From the sequence record OQ446694.1: 64,000 bases of DNA, one strand, 5' to 3'. The position numbers were made by a program, and so were the translations under genes. Below are positions 20,955 to 31,040 of the stretch, piece by piece (within the stretch, counting starts at the first letter, position 1; every line of letters begins with the position of its first letter). Source of the stretch: Escherichia phage Killian. The notes under the pieces were generated by a model, which was given only the letters and a program-made list of their open reading frames with translations, was not told where the DNA came from and made no database searches.

Positions 20955-21248
20955 TCAGCTGTAACGATAGCACTCGTTTGATTTACGCTTAGCAACTCGT
21001 TGAGAAGTATTGTAATCAAAATCATCGTCAATGTAAACTGATTTTTTCAACTTTCTTACTTCACCACGTAATTGGCGATTTAACTCATCTTTAACTTCTG
21101 AATCAATGCCTTTCATTCTACGCCATTTATCAGAGCGAAAAATGTTTTCGACCATATCTTTATGACTTACACCATCAGGAGCTTTACGCTTTCCAAAATA
21201 GTCATAATCACGCACTTTTAAATCTTTACGACGATACGTTTTACCCAT
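20955..21248 (-). CDS. hypothetical basic protein
   Basis: track ORF 20955..21293 trimmed to MGKTYRR start adjacent to upstream stop. Confidence 0.4.
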   Translation of the reverse strand: MGKTYRRKDLKVRDYDYFGKRKAPDGVSHKDMVENIFRSDKWRRMKGIDSEVKDELNRQLRGEVRKLKKSVYIDDDFDYNTSQRVAKRKSNECYRYS

Positions 21249-21423
21249 GGAGTTTAATTTCCTTAGCAACTGAACTAAATACAGCACGATCACAAATCAT
21301 CTGTTTATGTAACTTGAGTATAAGATAATAAACTTCAAAGCCGTTTACATAAGTAACACGAACAACATTACCATTAATAAAATAATACTGTCCCTTTTTA
21401 ATTTCTTTATCAACCACAACCAT
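21241..21423 (-). CDS. hypothetical small protein
   Basis: 60 aa ORF directly downstream of an early promoter. Confidence 0.4.
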   Translation of the reverse strand: MVVVDKEIKKGQYYFINGNVVRVTYVNGFEVYYLILKLHKQMICDRAVFSSVAKEIKLHG

Positions 21424-21449
21424 ATCAATTCCTCAAAGGCAATTCATGT

Positions 21450-21486
21450 GTTAATAATACCACAGTTTGAACTTCTTGTAAACAAC
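21450..21486 (-). promoter_or_regulatory. T4-type early promoter (-35 GTTTACA, -10 TATTAT)
   Basis: sigma70-like hexamers at 17 nt spacing upstream of ORF 21241..21423. Confidence 0.55.
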
Positions 21487-21580
21487 TTTGTGAAAATTAT
21501 TTTAGGGAACGATAAGAAGGGAACGATAGTTAGAATGGTAATATACAGAATGTGAGAAAGAAAGGCCCAGAGGGCCCATC

Positions 21581-21889
21581 TTAGTCTTCTATGATATCTC
21601 TATCATATCCAAGTGAAATGAGAGTTTCTTTGAAGTGTTTAATGTTCTTTTGTCTAGAATCATTGATGAAAATGACTGGATAACGAATGTTAAGAGATGT
21701 GAATCCAGCGCGTTTAGCAAGAGATACAATCAGTGGACGATCATACTCAATCTTACCATTATTTGTAAGAACTTTATAGAAAGTAAAAGGAGCATTGAGC
21801 TCCTTTAGAAGTTTTGTAACTGATTGACATCCAGGACAACGACCTACTTCATCTGGAATTCCATAGACTTCAATCTTGTTTTGTTTCAC
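21581..21889 (-). CDS. nrdH: NrdH-like glutaredoxin
   Basis: 102 aa; CPGC redox motif. Confidence 0.75.
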   Translation of the reverse strand: MKQNKIEVYGIPDEVGRCPGCQSVTKLLKELNAPFTFYKVLTNNGKIEYDRPLIVSLAKRAGFTSLNIRYPVIFINDSRQKNIKHFKETLISLGYDRDIIED

Positions 21890-21891
21890 AA

Positions 21892-22104
21892 CTATTCCTT
21901 ACTAAGAGCAGCATTCAGCTTATTAGTAATTTTATCCAGACGCTCATTGAACTCGCTAGAAGATAGTCCTTTTTCTGGAGAAATTAAGCTAATCACGAAA
22001 AATATAGCAATAAAAGGAATAAGAAAAATAGCACCAACTGCCATAAACAAAAAGAACGTTACAGTTGTAAGAAAATCAGCTAAACCTTTACGAAATTTAT
22101 ACAT
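21892..22104 (-). CDS. small membrane protein
   Basis: 70 aa with one hydrophobic helix. Confidence 0.4.
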   Translation of the reverse strand: MYKFRKGLADFLTTVTFFLFMAVGAIFLIPFIAIFFVISLISPEKGLSSSEFNERLDKITNKLNAALSKE

Positions 22105-22219
22105 ATTTTACCCTTAATTGATTAACCAAGCATTGATAAGCACTAAACTATATTGTGAATAAAATTCTGGACCAAAATGAAAAATCATATCATTTATAGT
22201 GTCCATAATATAATTCAAT

Positions 22220-22690
22220 TTAATCATGTTTCCACACCCCATCGGTATTTGACCAAAGTCGCTGATTATCTGATCCTCGCCACAGCTTTTTGGTCGGAAG
22301 ATTTTTCTCATACTTCCCATCAATAATAACATCAACATATTTAAGCATTTCTAGTTGTTTAATATCCTCAAACTTATATCCTGTCCACAACCAAATGCTT
22401 TTATTTGGATAAAGATTTTTTACTGTTTGAACAATGCAATGAACAACATCTCGGTTATCAGGATAGAGAGGGTCTCCTCCAGTTATAGTTAATCCTTCTA
22501 TATAATCATTATTCAAACATTCAATTAATTGTTCCAGTGTTTCACCAGTGAATGGAACGCCATTTCTAGCATTCCACGTTGATTTATTATAACACCCTTC
22601 GCATTTATGCAAACAACCTGTAACGAAAAGAACGACCCTGCATCCAGGGCCATTCACAAAATCGCAGGGATAAAATCTATCGTAATTCAT
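22220..22690 (-). CDS. nrdG: anaerobic ribonucleotide reductase activating protein NrdG (radical SAM)
   Basis: 156 aa; CxxxCxxC cluster motif CLHKCEGC. Confidence 0.9.
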   Translation of the reverse strand: MNYDRFYPCDFVNGPGCRVVLFVTGCLHKCEGCYNKSTWNARNGVPFTGETLEQLIECLNNDYIEGLTITGGDPLYPDNRDVVHCIVQTVKNLYPNKSIWLWTGYKFEDIKQLEMLKYVDVIIDGKYEKNLPTKKLWRGSDNQRLWSNTDGVWKHD

Positions 22691-24504
22691 TGGTGTTTAA
22701 CCCTATGCATGATTTCTTTATTTTTGCCGAGATTAAATCCGCGTTCATTCGGATTTCCCAAATAACCACAAGTTCTTCTTATTGTGTTCATCTTTTTAGG
22801 ATCAGTTTCTCCACAAATAGAACAAACAAACCCGTTTTCAGTAGGAGTCATTTCATGGGTACTTCCGCATGTAAAACATTTATCTACTGGCATATTAACA
22901 CCAAAATAATCTAAATGTTGTGCAGCATAATCCCATACAGCCTCAAGACCTTTTAGGTTATTTTTCATATCAGGAAGTTCAACATAAGAAATGTGACCAC
23001 CTGTCGCAATGAAATGATATGGGGCTTCGCGAGAAATCTTTTCAAATGGAGTAATATTTTCTTCTACCGAAACGTGGAAACTGTTAGTGTACCAGCCTTT
23101 ATCGGTAACATCTTTTACACTTCCATATTTTTCGGTATCAAGTTTACAGAAGCGATAGCACAGGTTTTCAGCAGGTGTAGAATACAAACTAAAAGCAAAA
23201 CCGGTTCTTTCAGTCCACTGCTTAAGATGAGCATTCATTTTAGTTAAAATTTCTTGTCCAATATCACGACCGACAAGAATATTCAATTCGTGAATACCAA
23301 TGTATCCTAGGGACACTGAACTTCTACCGTTTTTAAATAACTCAATTATATCGTCATCAGGTTTAAGACGAACCCCGAATGCACCTTCTTGATAAAGAAT
23401 AGGAGCAACAGTCGCTTTAACTCCTTTTAAGGAACTAATTCTACACATCAAAGCTTCAAAACACAAATCCATTCGTTCATTGAACAATTCAGCAAATTTC
23501 TGTTCATTGAACTGTGTTCCAATATAAGAATCTAGTGCAATGCGAGGAAGATTCAGTGTTACAACACCAAGATTATTACGTCCATCAAGAATTTCATTAC
23601 CAGTCGAATCTTTCCATACACCCAAGAAACTACGACAACCCATTGGAGAAACAGGAATAGATGAACCGGTGATAGCTTTATTGTTCTTAGCTGAAATAAT
23701 ATCAGGATACATTCTTTTGCTTGCACACTCTAGAGCAAGCTGCTTAATATCATAGTTTGGATCGTCTTTATAAAGATTAACACCTTCTTCAACGAACATA
23801 ACAAGCTTAGGGAAAATAGGAGTTATCCCATCACGACCAAGACCTTTAATACGATTTTTCAGAATTGCTTTCTGAATCATTCGTTCAGTCCAGTCAGTTC
23901 CCGTACCAAATGTAATTGTTACAAAAGGCGTTTGTCCGTTTGAACTAAAGAGAGTATTTACTTCATATTCATAAGCTTGGAATGCATCGTATACGTCTTT
24001 TTCTGTTTTAGACTGGGCGTAATTCAACGCATCAGCGATTTGCCATTTTTCTGCGTCCTCAATATGTTTTGCGTAGGTGCGTTTAACATAAGGAGAAAGG
24101 ACTTTATCTACATTCGCAAAAGTCGTTCCGCCATATTGATGGGAAGCAACCTGCGCAGTAATTTGTGCCATAATTGCAGTAGCAACGCCGATTGATTTAG
24201 GAGTTTCAATCTGCGCATTACCGAGCTTAAATCCATTCTCAAGCATTCCTTTTAAATCGACTAAACAGCAATTAGTAAAAGGCAATGATATACTGTAATC
24301 TAAATCATGAAAATGAATTAATCCAACATTATGTGCATTTACAATATGACTTGGAAGAATACGACAAGCGATATGTTTAGAAACAATACCGGCCATTAAA
24401 TCTCTTTTTGTTGGAAAGACACGAGAATCTTTGTTGGCGTTTTCGGTATTTAATTCTTTATCTTTATTTGAAATAAAATTTAAAACATCTTTCTCTAAAG
24501 ACAT
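22687..24504 (-). CDS. nrdD: anaerobic ribonucleoside-triphosphate reductase NrdD
   Basis: 605 aa uninterrupted; C-terminal glycyl radical motif RRTCGYLG and Zn-ribbon cysteines. Confidence 0.95.
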   Translation of the reverse strand: MSLEKDVLNFISNKDKELNTENANKDSRVFPTKRDLMAGIVSKHIACRILPSHIVNAHNVGLIHFHDLDYSISLPFTNCCLVDLKGMLENGFKLGNAQIETPKSIGVATAIMAQITAQVASHQYGGTTFANVDKVLSPYVKRTYAKHIEDAEKWQIADALNYAQSKTEKDVYDAFQAYEYEVNTLFSSNGQTPFVTITFGTGTDWTERMIQKAILKNRIKGLGRDGITPIFPKLVMFVEEGVNLYKDDPNYDIKQLALECASKRMYPDIISAKNNKAITGSSIPVSPMGCRSFLGVWKDSTGNEILDGRNNLGVVTLNLPRIALDSYIGTQFNEQKFAELFNERMDLCFEALMCRISSLKGVKATVAPILYQEGAFGVRLKPDDDIIELFKNGRSSVSLGYIGIHELNILVGRDIGQEILTKMNAHLKQWTERTGFAFSLYSTPAENLCYRFCKLDTEKYGSVKDVTDKGWYTNSFHVSVEENITPFEKISREAPYHFIATGGHISYVELPDMKNNLKGLEAVWDYAAQHLDYFGVNMPVDKCFTCGSTHEMTPTENGFVCSICGETDPKKMNTIRRTCGYLGNPNERGFNLGKNKEIMHRVKHQ

Positions 24505-25316
24505 AATTCTAATTTATCCTTTTGAAATTCTTCGTCTAAATATGGGTTCCAACCCATTTTAAACCTTTTGATGAAATTATCAATTCTAAATTTCGGTAAG
24601 TTTAAATCCGCAAAAATAGATGATTTACTTTTAAAATCTGGACCTAAATAATCATATAAAATTTCTGCGTATTTTAACCATAATATACAAGTACCAGATT
24701 TAATTGCTCTCGGAGTTTTCCAAGGTTTTACACCATACATCGGATTTCCACTTCCTTTATGCCTGATAGAAGATGAAATTCCAATTTTAATTTTAGCTTC
24801 CTTTGTATGCGAAAATCCACGATGCGGATTTTCTTTCCAGTATTTTTTAGAAGCTTCTGATATTTTCTTTCTGGCTAAATTAGTATGATGCTTTCCATAA
24901 AATCCATGATTTTTGCCTTTATTACGATTTCTTTTAATCATGGTTATTGATTGCTTTTCTCTAGTTTCTTTAGAAGGAGAAATACCATATGTCGTAAATT
25001 TGCCATCAGCATATGCTAAATTAAAATACTCTTTATTCCATACATCTTTTTCTATATTCTTTTGAAATTCAGCTTCAATGCTAGTTATTTGTTCATCTCC
25101 GACTAATTGAAAATATAATATTTCAACTTTCGGCGTTTCTTTCAACAGGGCTTTTTGAAATTCGGAAGATGACGAAGACGAATAATAAAATTTACCATTT
25201 TTATCAATAATATTCGTTCCGTCAAAAGTGCAATTGGTTTTACTTCCAATATAATAATATGGTGGGGTTTTAGCATTAATTCTACTAATAAATGATAGTT
25301 TATATACTACATTCAT
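24495..25316 (-). CDS. freestanding homing endonuclease-like protein (GIY-YIG-like N-terminus, NUMOD-type repeats)
   Basis: 273 aa; YYIGS motif; repeated NHGFYG/NPMYG motifs; between nrdD and 49. Confidence 0.55.
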   Translation of the reverse strand: MNVVYKLSFISRINAKTPPYYYIGSKTNCTFDGTNIIDKNGKFYYSSSSSSEFQKALLKETPKVEILYFQLVGDEQITSIEAEFQKNIEKDVWNKEYFNLAYADGKFTTYGISPSKETREKQSITMIKRNRNKGKNHGFYGKHHTNLARKKISEASKKYWKENPHRGFSHTKEAKIKIGISSSIRHKGSGNPMYGVKPWKTPRAIKSGTCILWLKYAEILYDYLGPDFKSKSSIFADLNLPKFRIDNFIKRFKMGWNPYLDEEFQKDKLELCL

Positions 25317-25786
25317 TTTAAACTCTTTCTAAGCTGCTTCTTAAATGAAGCTATTAATTGTGTTTTAGTGTCAGATTCATTATATTCAAATCCTCTTTGA
25401 AGCATCTCAGCCATCATTTCCTCTTTTCCTAAACGAGAAAATTCCTTTGATTTATCTCCAACGAAGTTAGGGTGAATATTATTTTGGGTGTAATCGGATT
25501 TTAAATAAGTAAGTAAATTTTCTAACCATTCAAGATAATCAACGCCTTGTCCCTTTAAGCCAGAACGATTAAATTTGTGTTTCATTTGACCTTCCGCTGC
25601 ATTGCAAAGATTACAGAGCAATCCACGTACCTTTCCTGCTTTTGGTCCATTTAATTCATGGTCATGGTCGAGGTGATTAGCTTGAACATCAGGATTTAGT
25701 TCTCGTTGGCAAATTAAGCATTTACCGTTTTGTGCATTATAAAATTTTTGTTTTTCTTCTTTGTATAATTTGCCAGTCAATAACAT
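25313..25786 (-). CDS. 49: endonuclease VII gp49 (Holliday junction resolvase)
   Basis: 157 aa; Zn-binding cysteines and HLDHDHELN His-Me finger. Confidence 0.9.
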   Translation of the reverse strand: MLLTGKLYKEEKQKFYNAQNGKCLICQRELNPDVQANHLDHDHELNGPKAGKVRGLLCNLCNAAEGQMKHKFNRSGLKGQGVDYLEWLENLLTYLKSDYTQNNIHPNFVGDKSKEFSRLGKEEMMAEMLQRGFEYNESDTKTQLIASFKKQLRKSLK

Positions 25787-25828
25787 AATTAAACCCTTAC
25801 CTTAAATAGATAAGGGTATTTATTATTT

Positions 25829-26332
25829 TCAAGTATTGTAAAACATTTGATGCAATCGCTTATATTGCCGAATCTTTTGGTCAGAAAAAGAAATTTGAGT
25901 TTCAAGCCATTCAATATATTCTGCTGCAGCTTGCATTAAATTTCCTTCATAACCATCATTATTTTCTTGTGCAGCTAATTTAGCTAATGCATATGAAATA
26001 CGTTCACCTTGAAAAGCGGCTTTAGGTTTATGAAGAGCTTGATCAACTCGTTCTACAACTTCTTCAATTTCGCCATTTTCCGCTGATTCAGTATTCCACA
26101 AGCACCAATACGTAATTGGCTTATCATAGATGTTAATAATCTTTCCATCAGAAAGTTCAATTTCAATAATTCCAGTATCAGGTTCTATATCATCTTCGCA
26201 TTCTTTTGCAAGTTCACGAACTTTAAAGACAGTACCTGCACTAAGTTCCGGCCAGTAATTACACAGCCCTTTATCAGCACGATTAATTCTAAACCACTTA
26301 TCTACTGCAATCATGTCCCATCTCCATATCAA
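25829..26332 (-). CDS. hypothetical protein (pin / 49.x position)
   Basis: 167 aa ORF. Confidence 0.45.
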   Translation of the reverse strand: MIWRWDMIAVDKWFRINRADKGLCNYWPELSAGTVFKVRELAKECEDDIEPDTGIIEIELSDGKIINIYDKPITYWCLWNTESAENGEIEEVVERVDQALHKPKAAFQGERISYALAKLAAQENNDGYEGNLMQAAAEYIEWLETQISFSDQKIRQYKRLHQMFYNT

Positions 26333-26437
26333 TTAAGTCGTTTATCGTCGGTTCATTATATACTGTTTCTTCATCAGTGTAAACCGGTTCTTCCGGCTCT
26401 GGCTCTACTGTTTCCCATCTAGCCGCCCACCAAGGTT

Positions 26438-26758
26438 TTATAGCGTAATCCATTCTCGTACTGTCTGAGTTACTACACGTTCACGGGGCTCGACTAGTTC
26501 AACAGTCGGAACTGCATAATACCAGTCAGAATGATAAGAACCTGAGCGAGATTCATTTACGGAAACATGTACATTGTGTTTTGGACTAAAATAAACACAC
26601 TGACGATATTGGCATTTACCATCTTGCACCCAGTCTTTTATTTCGACAGGTTTAAGATAATCCGAAAAATCGAAATCATAATTTTCTGAAAATGCATCAT
26701 GGTCTTCGATGATTTCACTCAGAACTGCATCAACATCTAATTTATTTTCAATATTCAT
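26438..26758 (-). CDS. hypothetical protein
   Basis: 106 aa ORF. Confidence 0.45.
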   Translation of the reverse strand: MNIENKLDVDAVLSEIIEDHDAFSENYDFDFSDYLKPVEIKDWVQDGKCQYRQCVYFSPKHNVHVSVNESRSGSYHSDWYYAVPTVELVEPRERVVTQTVREWITL

Positions 26759-26768
26759 TTTTCACCAA

Positions 26769-27158
26769 TTAATTTCGCAATTTATTAAGTTCTTCATAAT
26801 CAATCCAGGATTCTAGTCCTGATGGCAAATCAGATTCAATTTCCCAAAGAAGTTCTTCAATTTTCTGAAGACGATCTAATTCTTCAGCAGGAATAGTAAC
26901 CATTGACGGAGTTCTTGATACGCTAATATCGTAAATCATATTTACCCCCAGTTTGACCATACAATCGCCATATTTCCATTTAGAAATAGACTTTTCACCA
27001 TTAGAATAATAAACTTCAAGTTTAGCACGATTATTTTTAATTTGAATAACCTTTGCTGTCATCAAAGTTCCATACCCATAATAAACTGCAACCTCATCAC
27101 CTACATATACCGCGCTTCCGCGGTAGTCATGGATATAATCAGTTCCTTCGAGCATCAT
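26769..27158 (-). CDS. hypothetical protein
   Basis: 129 aa ORF. Confidence 0.45.
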   Translation of the reverse strand: MMLEGTDYIHDYRGSAVYVGDEVAVYYGYGTLMTAKVIQIKNNRAKLEVYYSNGEKSISKWKYGDCMVKLGVNMIYDISVSRTPSMVTIPAEELDRLQKIEELLWEIESDLPSGLESWIDYEELNKLRN

Positions 27159-27418
27159 TTAAAGTATTCCCGCAATTGGTCAAATCCACCAATATGACTT
27201 CCATCAGGAGCAAATACTTGCGGCATTGTCAAACCAATTTGAGTATCACGACCTAGTTTCGTCAGAAGCTCAGCGATTTTCTCATCATCAAAAACACCTT
27301 TTTCCGGCATAATATTGATAAATTCAAACGGTTGTTTCTTAACAGTCAAAAGACGTTTTGCATTATCACAATACACGCATTTATGGATACTGCTATCATA
27401 ACCATATACTTTAAACAT
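27155..27418 (-). CDS. nrdC: glutaredoxin NrdC
   Basis: 87 aa; CVYC active site. Confidence 0.85.
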   Translation of the reverse strand: MFKVYGYDSSIHKCVYCDNAKRLLTVKKQPFEFINIMPEKGVFDDEKIAELLTKLGRDTQIGLTMPQVFAPDGSHIGGFDQLREYFK

Positions 27419-27419
27419 A

Positions 27420-27710
27420 TTATTCCTTAATTCCTAGTACTTGTTTAAAAGTCTCGTCGTAATCAAGACTTTGGCCCGTTTGTTCTTTATGTTTGTATAT
27501 AATATCACTTACTTCTGATAGCATATTTTTATATGAACGGGTTAAAGCAGATTTAAGCACGCTGTATCTATCAGGAAATTTACCATGTTCATTATAATAA
27601 GCTATTGCTAATTCACGGACTGCCTTTTCAGCAGTCTCCATATATTCTTTACGCTTGGTCATTTTCTTCTCGGTTAAATCGGTGTTTGCAATGACGACAT
27701 TTATATTCAA
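27420..27710 (-). CDS. hypothetical protein (start uncertain, possibly internal Met near 27638)
   Basis: 96 aa ORF overlapping the next ORF by 62 nt. Confidence 0.4.
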
Positions 27711-27966
27711 GCTCTGGTTTACGCCAGTTAATCAATTGGACCTGTTCAGTACCACATTTTGGGCAGTTCGGAACATTCTTAGAAGCCCTTTCGCGACGTT
27801 CAACCATAGCCATAATGGCATCCCAAGCTGGAGGTTTAAAATCTAAATCGTCACAACCATGAATCTTTCCACGCATTTCCAGATCGTCTTCTTCACCAGC
27901 CATAATAATTTTAATTAGACTGGAATTACTTGAAGCTGCAATATCTTCTAATAAGCGCTTTTTCAT
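27649..27966 (-). CDS. Zn-ribbon protein
   Basis: 105 aa; CPKC...CRHC four-cysteine ribbon. Confidence 0.5.
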
Positions 27967-28892
27967 TTCAATACCTCAATAGCATTACGTAAACCATTTG
28001 CTTTTGCATTAAGAGCTTTTAACAATTTGGTGTGCTCTTCAATCTGTTTTTCAACTTCAATTAAACGTGTATTAAGATATTCGCGTTCTTCACTCAGGTT
28101 ATCAATCTTTTCTACTTTAGGTTCTTTTACAACTGGCTTATATGTATTAGGGTTCTTCAGTTTAATTAGAATGCGTGAACTGTACAGCATTGAACCATTA
28201 TCTTCGGTTTCGTCATACATTTCAACTACGTCCATCATCTCCACCATCGTGCAGAGTTTATAAGACAACGAACGAATAGTTTTGTTGTGCTTATTAATTT
28301 CTCTAGCTGTCATGGTGCCGAGATTACGTGAGTAATAATAAGGAACCTGGATATTAATTAATACTGATGAACCACCTGGCTTGTGTGTTACTTCATCAGC
28401 AATAACCCAGTCCTTAACATGAACTGTATTTGTACGGTCATCACCTGCAGTAAATAGTTTACGAGCATGCTTAAAAAGCATATTCACTTGGTCATTGAAT
28501 TGACAAGCAAATTTATCAGCAAATTTAGTTTCAGGAATGGTAGATAACCAATCAGCCAAATGGGTCTTTTTAACATCGTTAACAATAGTAAATTCAACCA
28601 AATCAGTTATAGATGTCTCAGATTTAATAAAGCTCGGCTTCATAAAGTTTTTAATGTTATCACGAGCTATCACAGAAGATAGTAATCGGGAACGTTTGAA
28701 CCACTCTAGCAAAGAACCAAGAGAATGTGAATACGCATTTTGTGTATCTTTACAAATATGGTTTTCCCATCCAATATAGTCTAAAAAATCACGAAGAATA
28801 TTATTGATTACTGCTCTGTGTCCTATCTGATAATTACGATGTTTAGTAATAAGACTGTCAAAATAATCAATATAATGTTTACGAGTTTTCAT
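27963..28892 (-). CDS. uncharacterised protein with C-terminal coiled coil (array member A)
   Basis: 309 aa; heptad-rich C-terminus. Confidence 0.5.
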   Translation of the reverse strand: MKTRKHYIDYFDSLITKHRNYQIGHRAVINNILRDFLDYIGWENHICKDTQNAYSHSLGSLLEWFKRSRLLSSVIARDNIKNFMKPSFIKSETSITDLVEFTIVNDVKKTHLADWLSTIPETKFADKFACQFNDQVNMLFKHARKLFTAGDDRTNTVHVKDWVIADEVTHKPGGSSVLINIQVPYYYSRNLGTMTAREINKHNKTIRSLSYKLCTMVEMMDVVEMYDETEDNGSMLYSSRILIKLKNPNTYKPVVKEPKVEKIDNLSEEREYLNTRLIEVEKQIEEHTKLLKALNAKANGLRNAIEVLK

Positions 28893-28944
28893 GTTCTTCT
28901 CACTTAGTTAATGATTTATACTCCGAGCCATCCTTGGCTTTAAA

Positions 28945-29946
28945 TTACTTAATTAACTGTAAAGCTTGTTCAAGACGATCCAGGCGATTAACAGATTCTT
29001 CCCAAATCCTTTTAGCCTGCTCATATTCTTTCTGCGCTTTATTAGAAATTTCTAGAGCTTCTTTATAAGCTTTTTCTAATGCAATAACTTCTGGACGAAT
29101 TTCTACCGATTCAGGTGAATCATCAAGATTATCCATTAGTTCCTCAAGGGTAGTTTCTTCTTTAGGAGTATTCACAATTTCCTCACATTTTTGTTGATAA
29201 ATTTCTTTATCAGTCGGTGAGTACGCGCACTTTACTTCACGAAGACTAACTACAATTTTGTATCCTTCCCAACCGCGCATATTTTTAAAAGGATAAGTAT
29301 AAATATTTTCTACTGTTTCCATACAAAGTAATGCGGTTTCTAATTGACGAGTTATAGTGCTAGCAATTGAGAAAAATTTATTAATATTCTTTTGGTTAGC
29401 GTCTGGTGTAAAAAATTCATAATTCACAAAAATAGCTGCTTTATTTTTATCAAGCTCGTATTCTTTTATGATAATCATATCAGAAGCCCAAGGATGAATT
29501 TGACGATAATCGCCATAGCATAATTTAGAAGCTGATTTTAGAATTTGCTTTTTGAAAAGTCTGAAATTACTAATCCAACGACGAGTAAAAATATTCTCAG
29601 GGTCTTCTTTATTATTAAGATGATAAGAATTAACATCACCGAACCAATTATATCCTACTACATCTTTGGTTCGTTTAATTTCTTTCCCAAAATTACCAAG
29701 AATATCTCGATTAACCAAATATGAAAGAAGACGAGACTCTTTAAAGGTTTTCTTGATAACATCTTTATCTACACGGCTAGAAATTTTACGAATTTCATGA
29801 ATAAATTTAGTAGAAGAAACAATACCTGCATCAACACTATTGAGCCATTGATTGATAATAGAAATAACGCTATTTTGACCAAACATCGGTATAGCTTTAT
29901 CATCAATAACACTATTGAATGATTTGATATATTCGTTACGAGTCAT
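28945..29946 (-). CDS. uncharacterised protein with C-terminal coiled coil (array member B)
   Basis: track ORF 28945..29997 trimmed to MTRNEY start with GAGGAG Shine-Dalgarno. Confidence 0.5.
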   Translation of the reverse strand: MTRNEYIKSFNSVIDDKAIPMFGQNSVISIINQWLNSVDAGIVSSTKFIHEIRKISSRVDKDVIKKTFKESRLLSYLVNRDILGNFGKEIKRTKDVVGYNWFGDVNSYHLNNKEDPENIFTRRWISNFRLFKKQILKSASKLCYGDYRQIHPWASDMIIIKEYELDKNKAAIFVNYEFFTPDANQKNINKFFSIASTITRQLETALLCMETVENIYTYPFKNMRGWEGYKIVVSLREVKCAYSPTDKEIYQQKCEEIVNTPKEETTLEELMDNLDDSPESVEIRPEVIALEKAYKEALEISNKAQKEYEQAKRIWEESVNRLDRLEQALQLIK

Positions 29947-29971
29947 ATTAATCTCCTCAGTAGAAAGTAAG

Positions 29972-30006
29972 AACATTATACCACATCCTTGTGGCAAAGT
30001 AAACTA
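29972..30006 (-). promoter_or_regulatory. T4-type early promoter (-35 GTTTAC, -10 TATAAT)
   Basis: consensus hexamers plus GAGGAG Shine-Dalgarno before the MTRNEY start. Confidence 0.55.
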
Positions 30007-31032
30007 GTTCAGTGCATTTAGTGCATTGTTCAGTTTAGAACGTTGCTTTGTCAGATTTTGAACCCTTGACTGAGCTTGTTCTAACACCTTTTCAGCTTCT
30101 AGCACTTCATTGGTCGCTTTAACGAGTTCATCATCTACTGCCTTAAGAGACTTCTCAATCGCGTCAGCGTGCCATTTTTCTACAGGTTTAAAATTTGAAT
30201 TTTCAGTAGGAAGAAAACTCACTTTATTAAGTTTACATGCATCTATATTGCTTGAGCTATACATCCAAAATTTAGGATCGTTTGATGAGTAATTGGATAA
30301 ATTTAAATTTAAGTTATCTTGCACTTCCTGCTTTTTCTCTTGCGTGACTTCGTCCTTTCTCAAAAAATCGTATTTAAATGAAACGATCATATCAAGTTCA
30401 TACGTTGTTGTATGTTCCCAATTTCGCTCAAAACGAGGTAAAATCTTAGACTGAACAGCGGCAACAACATCCATATACTTAAATGCTTCTGTCAACTGTG
30501 ATTTAAGGCATTCGCAAATTGAAAGAGAATTTTTTGTATTAGGTTTAAAGCTAATTCGTGCAGTTCTATTATTTTCTTTTAATGGTCTTACTTCCATCTG
30601 AAGAGTATAACCATCAAATTTCAGGTTCTTTAAGTTAATGTCAGAACCTTTTAATCGACTAGCCGTCGACAAAATTTGCTTTAATTGTCTACGGAACAGA
30701 GCAATAAATCTCCATTCAATACGATAATGATTTGGATTGAAAAATCCAGATGATAAATCGACCTTACTTTGACCAACGCCTTGAACAAATAGAGGATTTT
30801 TATAATCAATAGTTTTACAGAAATCGGTGAGCTGCTCACGAGCCGTCATTTGTGTAATATACCCTGCTTTACTAAAATTACGCACCCATTCACTGCTATT
30901 CGTATACTTAAAGTGATGAATAACACGATTAACTTTATCAGGGTCTAAATTATTTTCACACAAAAATGTCATAACATCACGAGTATAACTGGCATTACGA
31001 ACCATATCTTCAATTTGAGAACGAGTTTTCAT
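30004..31032 (-). CDS. uncharacterised protein with C-terminal coiled coil (array member C)
   Basis: 342 aa. Confidence 0.5.
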   Translation of the reverse strand: MKTRSQIEDMVRNASYTRDVMTFLCENNLDPDKVNRVIHHFKYTNSSEWVRNFSKAGYITQMTAREQLTDFCKTIDYKNPLFVQGVGQSKVDLSSGFFNPNHYRIEWRFIALFRRQLKQILSTASRLKGSDINLKNLKFDGYTLQMEVRPLKENNRTARISFKPNTKNSLSICECLKSQLTEAFKYMDVVAAVQSKILPRFERNWEHTTTYELDMIVSFKYDFLRKDEVTQEKKQEVQDNLNLNLSNYSSNDPKFWMYSSSNIDACKLNKVSFLPTENSNFKPVEKWHADAIEKSLKAVDDELVKATNEVLEAEKVLEQAQSRVQNLTKQRSKLNNALNALN

Positions 31033-31040
31033 GGTGTTCC

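Noticed and set aside
22114-22338. 74 aa ORF overlapping the 3' part of nrdG
   Set aside because: Out-of-frame overlap with a well-supported gene on the same strand; likely spurious
22687-24504. Group I intron in nrdD as in T4
   Set aside because: The 605 aa reading frame is continuous and includes both the N-terminal region and the C-terminal glycyl-radical motif, so no intron is present in this allele
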